A stretch of 12,580 nucleotides of DNA from Methanocella sp. (GTDB lineage: Archaea; Thermoproteota; Bathyarchaeia; Bathyarchaeales; Bathycorpusculaceae): assembly GCA_050261115.1 (NCBI GenBank), contig JBLNCY010000041.1, forward strand, positions 1 to 12,580, written 5' to 3'. A program made the translations under genes and the position numbers. The notes below the pieces were generated by a model that made no database searches, was not told the DNA's origin, and saw nothing but the letters and a program-made list of their open reading frames with translations. Below are positions 1 through 6,656 of the stretch, piece by piece. Every line of letters starts with the position of its first letter. Position 1 is the stretch's first letter.

Positions 1-1265
1 GCAATCTCCGCTTCCGGAGCACCGCCGCCTGGAACGATTTTTCCATCCTCAACAGCGTTTCGCACAACACACAAGGCGTCACGCAGTGAACGTTCCGCTT
101 CACCAACGATGTGCTCAGCGCCGCCGCGGATGACAACCGTTACAGCTTTGGGGTTCTTGCATTCCCGCACATACACAAGTTTGTCGTCGCCGATCTTGGC
201 TTCTTCGACTGCTTTAGCAGAGCCTAACGCGTCGGCTGTGAGGTCTTTGATGCTGGCGACAATTTTTGCACCTGTCGCTCGACTTAGTTTTTCCATGTCG
301 CTGCTGCTTACACTTTTAACAGCAAGGATGCCTGCTTTTGCCAAAAAGTGCAGGGCCAAATCATCGATGCCTTTTTCACAGAACAAAACGTTTGCGCCTG
401 TGCTGCGTACTTGATCAACCATTTCTTTTAGCATGCGTTCCTCTTCGTCAAGAAACAGCTGCATCTGCTCAGGGCGCTCAATGTTGATTTTGGCATCGAA
501 CTCGGTCTTGTCAATCTCTAGTTTGGTGTTGAGCAGGGCGATTTTTGCATCGTGGATATCTTTGGGCATTTGGCTGCTGGCGACTTCTTTGTCAATCACC
601 ATGCCCCTGACTAGTTCGGTGTCTTCTAGGCTTTTGCCGTGTTTTTTGATGATTTTGATCAGGTCTATGTCAGCTTTGGGTTTGCCGTCACGTTCTTCGG
701 TGACTAGTTTTACTGCGTCAACGGCTAATCGGGCGAAGTGCTCTTTGGCTCCGGTGAGGCCTTTGCTTCCCATGGAAGTTAATGCAACATTGAGGAGCGC
801 TTTTTCGTCGTTTATGTTGACGGGTGTGGCCATGCTGTTGAGGACTTCTTGGGCTTTGTCGCTGGCTTTTTTGTAGCCGTCGATGATTACGGTTGGGTGG
901 ATGTTTTCGTCGATTAGGTTTTCTGCTTTGGATAAGAGTTCGCCTGCGAGGATTACGGATGTGGTTGTGCCGTCTCCGACTTCGTTGTCCTGTGTTTTGG
1001 CGACTTCAACAAGCATTTTGGCGGCTGGATGCTGTACGTCTAGTTCTTTTAGGATGGTTGCGCCGTCGTTGGTTATGGTGACGTCGCCTATGCTGCTGAC
1101 GAGCATTTTATCCATTCCGCGTGGTCCAAGGGTTGTTTTCACGGTTTCAGCCACAATCTTGGCTGCTTGTATATTGTTTTTTTGTGCGTCTTTTCCTGTT
1201 GTTCTTCCTGTTCCTTCTTTCAAAACTAATACAGGTATGTTTCCTTGTTGTGCTATTGCTGCCAT
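1..1265 (-). CDS. ths: Thermosome subunit (group II chaperonin), 3'-truncated by the window edge
   Basis: Manual translation from ATG at 1265: [55 protein letters not shown]...[23 protein letters not shown]...[10 protein letters not shown]...[23 protein letters not shown]...[11 protein letters not shown]. Has the [22 protein letters not shown] and GGGAPE signatures. Open for 421 codons to the edge. GGTGAT SD at 1271-1276. Absent from the ORF track. Subunit type (alpha/beta) not assignable. Confidence 0.98.
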   Translation of the reverse strand, partial: MAAIAQQGNIPVLVLKEGTGRTTGKDAQKNNIQAAKIVAETVKTTLGPRGMDKMLVSSIGDVTITNDGATILKELDVQHPAAKMLVEVAKTQDNEVGDGTTTSVILAGELLSKAENLIDENIHPTVIIDGYKKASDKAQEVLNSMATPVNINDEKALLNVALTSMGSKGLTGAKEHFARLAVDAVKLVTEERDGKPKADIDLIKIIKKHGKSLEDTELVRGMVIDKEVASSQMPKDIHDAKIALLNTKLEIDKTEFDAKINIERPEQMQLFLDEEERMLKEMVDQVRSTGANVLFCEKGIDDLALHFLAKAGILAVKSVSSSDMEKLSRATGAKIVASIKDLTADALGSAKAVEEAKIGDDKLVYVRECKNPKAVTVVIRGGAEHIVGEAERSLRDALCVVRNAVEDGKIVPGGGAPEAEI

Positions 1266-1317
1266 GTTAAATCACCTTCGATCTTTAGCATAGCAGTTTT
1301 CCATTATTCTATATCCA

Positions 1318-1332
1318 AAATATAAGTCTTCT
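1318..1332 (-). promoter_or_regulatory. BRE + TATA box of the thermosome promoter
   Basis: Minus strand reads AGAAGAC-TTATATTT: purine-rich BRE then TATA box, about 53 nt upstream of the ATG. Near-identical to the regulator promoter at 2148-2162. Confidence 0.8.
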
Positions 1333-1370
1333 TGTTGACTAATTGTTGACATGTTTATTAATAATAAACA
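1333..1370. promoter_or_regulatory. Two abutting 19-bp palindromic operator-like boxes
   Basis: 1333-1351 TGTTGAC-TAATT-GTTGACA and 1352-1370 TGTTTAT-TAATA-ATAAACA (perfect 8-bp inverted arms), directly upstream of the BRE. Same pattern recurs at 2163-2181. Confidence 0.75.
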
Positions 1371-1427
1371 CAGGCGCAGTTGACTCTATGCAAGCACTAA
1401 ACACGCAAAATACAGAGGGGTCCATCG

Positions 1428-1703
1428 TTAAGTAGACTTTGTCTTTTCAGCCCTCAACTCGGCTAAAATAACGATAGCTTCTCCAAGCGGCAGCCCCAAC
1501 CGTCCAGCAAGCTCCACTGCAGAAATGTCTGGCTGCTGAGGCAAAATGTTGTCGCGTGTGTATGCTTTACGTGTTGGAAACATAACTGAAGCATGCACGA
1601 CTTCAAGGAGTAGCTGCCAAAGTTTCTCCTTAGAGTATTCCTCAAGGTTTACCTGAGTATTCAAGTTTATCTCCATCCCTGACGGGCAGCAGCTAACTTT
1701 CAT
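1428..1703 (-). CDS. Small hypothetical protein with C-terminal HTH-like segment
   Basis: 91-aa ORF (alternative ATG at 1676, 82 aa). ATG 1703 overlaps the upstream TGA (ATGA), suggesting translational coupling. PDISAVELAGRLGLPLGEAIVILAEL resembles a helix-turn-helix. Confidence 0.75.
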   Translation of the reverse strand: MKVSCCPSGMEINLNTQVNLEEYSKEKLWQLLLEVVHASVMFPTRKAYTRDNILPQQPDISAVELAGRLGLPLGEAIVILAELRAEKTKST

Positions 1704-2125
1704 CTTGAGACCAAGCCCAAGGTATGATCAATATTTTCAGATACGTCTATGATGTTCTCAAATAGTCGATTTATGTCTCTGTGGATTTCTTCAACGGTGC
1801 CTTTGAGGCTTTTTTCTCTGAGTTTAAATTTGCCGCCGTGGAAAATGACCAACCCGCTTTTCATCATCTTGTTGAGGTGGTGAATCATGGTTCCTCTGGT
1901 AAGGTTTAGTTTTTCTGCAAGCTCGTCACTTGTTAGCCCGTTGTTTTGTGCGGCAGATTCGAGTAGCGCCTTAAAAATTAGGTGTGCGGTTTTTTGTTTG
2001 TCTCTGGATTCGAGGAAACCAAAGGTTCGGCAGAACCATTCAAGATCTGGTATGTATTCTGCTGTTGAGGGTTTTCTTACTGATAAGAGGACATATTCGG
2101 CCAAGGCTTCTTCCTGTGAGGACAT
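1700..2125 (-). CDS. Winged-HTH (ArsR/TrmB-like) transcriptional regulator; candidate heat-shock regulator
   Basis: wHTH pattern GLTSDELAEKLNLTRGTMIHHLNKMMKSGLVIFHGGKFKLR followed by an amphipathic helix. Start moved from the track's TTG 2182 to ATG 2125 (MSSQEE..., 141 aa) because 2148-2181 is promoter/operator sequence. Confidence 0.9.
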   Translation of the reverse strand: MSSQEEALAEYVLLSVRKPSTAEYIPDLEWFCRTFGFLESRDKQKTAHLIFKALLESAAQNNGLTSDELAEKLNLTRGTMIHHLNKMMKSGLVIFHGGKFKLREKSLKGTVEEIHRDINRLFENIIDVSENIDHTLGLVSR

Positions 2126-2147
2126 GTGAATAACTTGGAAGCCTAAT

Positions 2148-2162
2148 AAATTTAAGTCTTCT
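2148..2162 (-). promoter_or_regulatory. BRE + TATA box of the regulator promoter (probably leaderless mRNA)
   Basis: Minus strand AGAAGAC-TTAAATTT ending 22 nt before ATG 2125, the spacing expected for a leaderless archaeal transcript. Confidence 0.8.
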
Positions 2163-2181
2163 TGTTGACAATTAATTAACA
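2163..2181. promoter_or_regulatory. 19-bp palindromic operator-like box
   Basis: TGTTGAC-AATTA-ATTAACA, at the same offset from BRE/TATA as the box at 1333-1351. Confidence 0.75.
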
Positions 2182-2261
2182 AGCAAACCTATTTGGATAA
2201 TGCTGCCTGGCTATACCCAAAGCTCTATTCAACTTAAAGAAATGGAGATATTGGGTTGAAC

Positions 2262-2483
2262 TTAGCTTACATGCAAACCCGTGACGTCTTTCCCGTGATA
2301 TTCACTATGCATCGTACGTAAGTGCTTTAGATGAACAGTGTGCAGGTGCTTTTCTGCTGCGTCTTTAATGTCAAAGGTTTTACCGCACTCTGGGCACAAG
2401 AATTCGCCGCTCTGCAATTGATTTATCGCAGTGCTATGCCCTTGAGTATGATTAGGCTCCTGAGAAACATTAGATGTGCTCAA
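2262..2483 (-). CDS. C2H2 zinc-finger microprotein with His-rich tail
   Basis: FLCPECGKTFDIKDAAEKHLHTVH fits F-x-C-x2-C-x3-F-x8-H-x4-H. TTG start overlaps the hsp20 TGA (TTGA at 2480-2483). Confidence 0.8.
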   Translation of the reverse strand: MSTSNVSQEPNHTQGHSTAINQLQSGEFLCPECGKTFDIKDAAEKHLHTVHLKHLRTMHSEYHGKDVTGLHVS

Positions 2484-3052
2484 ACGCTTTTCCCCTCCTC
2501 TATGGTGAGTTTCTTCTTCTCTTTGGGCTCCTTCTTGGGCAACGTGATCTCTAGGATACCGTTGCTTAGGCTTGCTTTGGCATCGTCTGAGCGTACCGGT
2601 TCAGGGAGCTGTATTTGCCTATAGAAAGCTTGGCTTGCTCTTTCACGTCGAACATAGTTCTTTTTCTTCTCTTCCTCACTTTGGGCCCTCTTTGCATGGA
2701 CGGTTAAGGAATCGTCGGTAACCTCGATCTCAACGTCTTCTTTCTTAAAGCCAGGCAAATCAACAGTCAAATGATAATCTTTGCCGCGATCCTCTAAGTC
2801 AACCGATGGCATCTTCATATCCTTGAAGGGCAGCATCGGAAATTCTCCTCTCCAAAGCCTATGTCCCCATCTAGTGGGTAGCTCCCAGAAATCCTCGAAC
2901 TCACGCTCAAACCTGTCCATCATGCGGTCAAAATCCCTTTGAATCTCCCTAAAAGAATAAGGAACCATTTCACCCTCATCGCGTTTTCTGATTTCGCTGG
3001 CTTTCTTCTCTTTACCTCCATAATAATACATACTCTTTTTTTCCTCAGCCAT
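2480..3052 (-). CDS. hsp20: Small heat-shock protein (Hsp20/alpha-crystallin family)
   Basis: PSVDLEDRGKDYHLTVDLPGFKKEDVEIEV...FYRQIQLPEPV...AKASLSNGILEITLPK plus C-terminal I/L-x-I motif (LTI). ATG 3052 is preferred over GTG 3064 because of the GGTGAT SD at 3057-3062. Confidence 0.97.
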   Translation of the reverse strand: MAEEKKSMYYYGGKEKKASEIRKRDEGEMVPYSFREIQRDFDRMMDRFEREFEDFWELPTRWGHRLWRGEFPMLPFKDMKMPSVDLEDRGKDYHLTVDLPGFKKEDVEIEVTDDSLTVHAKRAQSEEEKKKNYVRRERASQAFYRQIQLPEPVRSDDAKASLSNGILEITLPKKEPKEKKKLTIEEGKSV

Positions 3053-3186
3053 TTCTATCACCACTATTTTAAACGGATTTATTCGCCAAACCTGTCACGT
3101 AGTCGCCAATAGACTGACATGGAGTGAGCAACAAAGTTGAATGGCAACCAGCAACAGAAAAATCCTATATGATATGGTTGAATTCG

Positions 3187-3204
3187 TTTTTTAAAAAACC
3201 TTTC
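3187..3204 (-). promoter_or_regulatory. Candidate BRE/TATA for hsp20
   Basis: Minus strand GAAAGG-TTTTTTAAAAAA about 135 nt upstream of the ATG; implies a roughly 115-nt leader. Confidence 0.45.
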
Positions 3205-3284
3205 GCAATACAAAAGGACACCCACATACGGCCTGGCATTTACCGCGAGGTCACCTACAACACAATTGACGCAACAGAAAGTCT

Positions 3285-3290
3285 AAAAAA
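3285..3290 (-). terminator. Candidate oligo-T terminator after the trpD-like gene
   Basis: T6 run on the minus strand about 12 nt after the TAA at 3302-3304. Archaeal intrinsic terminators are oligo-T, but the signal is short. Confidence 0.35.
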
Positions 3291-3301
3291 TTGGTTTAAG
3301 G

Positions 3302-4363
3302 TTAGGCTTGTTCGCTAACCAAGTGATTTAGCTGCTCTAAAGCCTTACCCGAACATAACGCGTTACGTGCCTGCTCCATGCCATCTTTATACGAGGATGC
3401 GGCACCAGAAATGTACAGTGCAGCGGCTGCGTTCATGCAGAACAAATCCGCCAACGGATTGCTATAATCGCCTGAAAGCACTCGCCGTATCGCCGAAGCA
3501 TTGTCATAGGCTTTGCCAAAGGAAGCCACATCGAAAGCTGCATGTGTTTTTATCCCGAAATCTTCTGGCTGCACCGTGTATGTTTGGATTGTGCCGTCTT
3601 TTAGTTCGACCACTCTTGTGGGGCCACAGGGGGAAAACTCGTCGATCCCCAAAGCCGCATCAACGCCATTAACCATACCATAAGGTGAAACAGCACGTTT
3701 CATACCAATTTCTCTTAGGATTGCCACAAGCTGGTCGCATACGTGGGGTGCATAAGCGCCGATTACAATGCTGCTAGTGTTCTCGCAGGGCATAGTCAGG
3801 GGTCCCACGATGTTAAAAGCTGAGGTGAAACGCATAGATTGGATCAGCCGGGCCCAGCCTGATTTCAAAAAGGCTTCACCGGGCATGTAGCAGATGTTAT
3901 GTTTTTCTAGGCACTGTTTTGCTTTACTCATGGGGCTTGATAGGTTGACGCCGAGGATTTCATAGATTTCCGAAGCGCCAGATACCCCTGTTACCTTTTT
4001 TGCGCCCTTTTTTGCGATCGGTATCCCGCAAGCGGAAGCGATAAGTGCTGCTGGCGAGGATGCATTCACAGTTTTTAAGGCATCTGAGCCGGTTCCGACG
4101 ATGTCGCAGATGACGCCGTCTATGTTTGCTCGGAACTTTTCGGTATCAAACCTGTCCAGCGCATCCCAGGTGCCGGATAATTCCTCTGTGGTGGGTCCAC
4201 GCGTTATATGCGCCATCAGAAAGGCTCCTTGCTGAAGCTCAGGCTGCTCATTTAAGATGACTTGCCTGTAGGCTTCACAGGTTTCTTCTCGGGTTAGGGT
4301 TTTGCCGGCTGCTACTTTGCAGATTAGCTGGCCGAATTCTCGTAGTTTTTCTTCAGTTACCAT
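3302..4363 (-). CDS. Anthranilate phosphoribosyltransferase (TrpD)-like protein, glycosyltransferase family 3 fold, with divergent active site
   Basis: TrpD layout throughout: QQGAFLMA...TTEELSG, DIVGTGSD..KTVNASS, AFNIVGPL, GIDEFS, VQPEDFGI, MNAAAALYISG...SGKALEQL. The KHGN motif is replaced by KKGA. ATG 4363 follows GAGTGAT (track start GTG 4372). Symbol withheld because the function may not be TrpD. Confidence 0.9.
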   Translation of the reverse strand: MVTEEKLREFGQLICKVAAGKTLTREETCEAYRQVILNEQPELQQGAFLMAHITRGPTTEELSGTWDALDRFDTEKFRANIDGVICDIVGTGSDALKTVNASSPAALIASACGIPIAKKGAKKVTGVSGASEIYEILGVNLSSPMSKAKQCLEKHNICYMPGEAFLKSGWARLIQSMRFTSAFNIVGPLTMPCENTSSIVIGAYAPHVCDQLVAILREIGMKRAVSPYGMVNGVDAALGIDEFSPCGPTRVVELKDGTIQTYTVQPEDFGIKTHAAFDVASFGKAYDNASAIRRVLSGDYSNPLADLFCMNAAAALYISGAASSYKDGMEQARNALCSGKALEQLNHLVSEQA

Positions 4364-4372
4364 TGGTATCAC

Positions 4373-5338
4373 TCACATTTTTACTATGTACTTTAGGGCT
4401 TTGCCGCCTAGGATTTCAGGGAACACCTCGGGAGCCTCTGCGAGTTGAACAATTTTGTGGATCAACAGCTTGATTTTTTCGGGGTTGGCTTCAAAGATTT
4501 TTAGGGCTGTCTCCATCTGCCGTTTGGTGCTTCCGTAGGCTCCAACAAGGGTTAACTGCCTATAGTGGACTTCATTTAACAAATCAGTGGACAACCCTTG
4601 GTTGCTTGTGAATCCGCTAAACAGGCAATATTTACCGCTGGGCTTTAGCTTCCTAACGCCCTCTACAAAGGTATTTGGGTCTGGCGCCGCATTTATAGCA
4701 ACATCAAACCCATCAAACGGTGCGGCAATAGAAATGGGAACGCCTGTCTCTTGGCAGAATTTGGCGGCTAGTTGAATCTTTGCTGGGTTTTTCTCAACCA
4801 CAAAAGGCACTGCGTCATAATACTTGCAAGCCAATGCAAGTAAGAGCCCTGCTGGTCCTCCACCATAGATGAGCACTTTCTGATTCTTTTGCAGGTTCAC
4901 TTGTTCGATTGCGTTTATCGCTGAGGACATCAATTCGGTCATGCAAGCGACTTCGGAAGGAAGGGTGGGTGGTATTTTTATGAGGCTTGCGGTCGGTGCC
5001 GCGATGTATTGTGCCAATCCGCCATCGCGGTGAAAGCCGATGACTTGGATGTTTTTGCAGAGGTTTTCTTTGCCGTTTCTGCAGTATTCACAGCTGTTGC
5101 AGGTAGCTGCCGGCCAGACGATGAACTGTTCGCCCGTGGTGGGGTTTTGTCCGCTGATTTCGTGGCCCAGGACTCTAGGTAGCAGGAGGTCTCGTTGGCC
5201 CTGGCTCCATGCTTTTGCATCGGTTCGGCATATTGCGCAATGGGTTACTTTTAGTAGTGTCTCGTTGGCGCCGCAGGTAGGCGTTTGGATGTCAGTTACG
5301 GTGGCCTTTTTTGTGTCTTTGAGGATGAGTGCTTTCAT
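4373..5338 (-). CDS. Zn-dependent medium-chain dehydrogenase (threonine/sorbitol dehydrogenase-like)
   Basis: Catalytic Zn ligands in CAICRTD and LGHE plus Glu (CMTEL), structural Zn CNSCEYCRNGKENLC, Rossmann IYGGGPAG with downstream acidic residue (VVEKN, NAD-type). Start uncertain: ATG 5338 (MKALIL, typical of MDRs), ATG 5362 or GTG 5386. Confidence 0.95.
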   Translation of the reverse strand: MKALILKDTKKATVTDIQTPTCGANETLLKVTHCAICRTDAKAWSQGQRDLLLPRVLGHEISGQNPTTGEQFIVWPAATCNSCEYCRNGKENLCKNIQVIGFHRDGGLAQYIAAPTASLIKIPPTLPSEVACMTELMSSAINAIEQVNLQKNQKVLIYGGGPAGLLLALACKYYDAVPFVVEKNPAKIQLAAKFCQETGVPISIAAPFDGFDVAINAAPDPNTFVEGVRKLKPSGKYCLFSGFTSNQGLSTDLLNEVHYRQLTLVGAYGSTKRQMETALKIFEANPEKIKLLIHKIVQLAEAPEVFPEILGGKALKYIVKM

Positions 5339-5428
5339 GGTGGTGCCTGCAGGGGTGTTCATTTTTTTGCTGGCATTTAAGAGCACCCATCAGTGTTACA
5401 AACGTAATACGGGGGGCGGTGTGGTGTG

Positions 5429-6526
5429 CTACTTTAAAACCCCGTTCTCCATAATTTCCCTAACTGAACCATCCCTAAAGTAACCGATAATCGTGGGCTT
5501 TGCAACCAACATATCAACATGGCACCTAACATTACCTGGGGCAAGATGGCAGGTGCCTCGGATTTTTTCGTCCTCCAACATGTTTCCTGTCACTCGGGCT
5601 TTCTCGTTAAGGCCAATGCCTACCTCTTCAAGAACAGTCGCTAAGCCATATCTGCCCTCAGAGGCTAAAATATCCCGCTTTATGCATTGAACTGCTGGGT
5701 CTTGGCATTGCAGGTTAGTCAAAATGCCATTTTGAAACTGGGCAATCAACGGTTTCTGTGGGTCTATTCTGCCCATATAGCCGCCGGCGGTCACGTCACA
5801 AACCAGCACACCATCCGCCCTATGCTTCACAGGGTAACTTTGTGCCTCAGTCTTGCCCGTTTCTTTATCAACTACCTCTATTAGCTTATCTTTTTGAGAC
5901 CAAACTTCACCTACTGGCAAATTTCCAAATCGGCCCGGTCCGCCATAAGCGTTAGGCGGCACAATAGTGCAGTCTGTATCAAAAGTCACTCCTTCAGGAA
6001 TTTCTACGGTTAGGTCGGTGCCGCTTGGAGCGGTGATATGGAATTTAACGATGCCCCTGAGGTTGGTAAGTAGCTGCTCAGACGACCGAACCAATTCGGA
6101 GTAGTCGCATTGCAGCGGCCCATTTAGCGCCATATCCACCGTTATGCCCGGCGAATGTGCCCAGCTTATGGGGACCTGCTCTATGACTTTGTGCAGGAAC
6201 TCGATTCTTGCGCCGACTTCTTTTAGGTTCCAATCGGGGTTAGTGGAGTAATCAAAAAGGCCCATGCCGCCCTTGGGCGTTTCTTTCCGTAGCAGGCTTA
6301 TCAGTTCTTCTGGGAAATGCCTGTAGGGTTCTTGGCTGTCTAAGTTGTAGGTGGCGACGATTAGTTCCTGATTTTCTGCGGCTTTTACGGCTGCTTGGGT
6401 TAGTATGGGTGAGTTTCGATTTACGATTAGGTAAGTGTCGTTTTTTTCTAGTTTTTGGCTGTACTGCATGAACTCCTGAAGTTTGCGCGTGATTTTATCC
6501 ATGTCATTGCTGGTTAGATTCTGCAT
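5429..6526 (-). CDS. M29 (aminopeptidase T/AmpS-like) metallopeptidase-fold protein
   Basis: Motifs PSGTDLTV, GNLPVGEV, EEVGIGLN, LEDEKIRGTCHLAPG, HVDM and C-terminal IMENG follow the order seen in archaeal M29-type proteins. Confidence 0.85.
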   Translation of the reverse strand: MQNLTSNDMDKITRKLQEFMQYSQKLEKNDTYLIVNRNSPILTQAAVKAAENQELIVATYNLDSQEPYRHFPEELISLLRKETPKGGMGLFDYSTNPDWNLKEVGARIEFLHKVIEQVPISWAHSPGITVDMALNGPLQCDYSELVRSSEQLLTNLRGIVKFHITAPSGTDLTVEIPEGVTFDTDCTIVPPNAYGGPGRFGNLPVGEVWSQKDKLIEVVDKETGKTEAQSYPVKHRADGVLVCDVTAGGYMGRIDPQKPLIAQFQNGILTNLQCQDPAVQCIKRDILASEGRYGLATVLEEVGIGLNEKARVTGNMLEDEKIRGTCHLAPGNVRCHVDMLVAKPTIIGYFRDGSVREIMENGVLK

Positions 6527-6656
6527 TGTGTTCCCGTTTAGTCAAGTGCTTTCAGAAATAATAGGTGTAGTGTTCTTGTCGGGTGCATCTGGCTAAACTT
6601 TACCAAAAAACACTTAGGCGAAGACTCTGATATCCTACAGCTAAGGAGAAAACGCC

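Noticed and set aside
109-1293. Plus-strand ORFs 109-414, 433-876, 883-1293 and 893-1081
   Set aside because: Antisense shadows of the thermosome gene with no protein motifs; long antisense frames are common opposite conserved chaperone genes.
1323-2169. 17-bp direct repeat as att site or target-site duplication of an 830-bp mobile element
   Set aside because: No integrase or transposase, and both copies sit exactly at promoter position, so shared regulation is the simpler explanation.
2126-2182. N-terminal extension (MLINCQQEDLNLLGFQVIH) of the regulator in the ORF track
   Set aside because: It runs through the TATA, BRE and operator box; ATG 2125 fits a leaderless start.
2216-2260. Overlapping inverted repeats (CCCAA/TTGGG and TTCAAC/GTTGAA) as a riboswitch or pseudoknot
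   Set aside because: Arms are only 5-6 bp, no known riboswitch consensus, and compatible with chance.
3124-3318. 64-aa plus-strand ORF between hsp20 and the trpD-like gene
   Set aside because: No motif, opposite to all neighbours, and overlaps the probable hsp20 promoter and the trpD-like 3' end.
3302-4363. Plain trpD annotation
   Set aside because: KHGN and other acceptor-site motifs are altered and no trp genes are adjacent, so the symbol was withheld.
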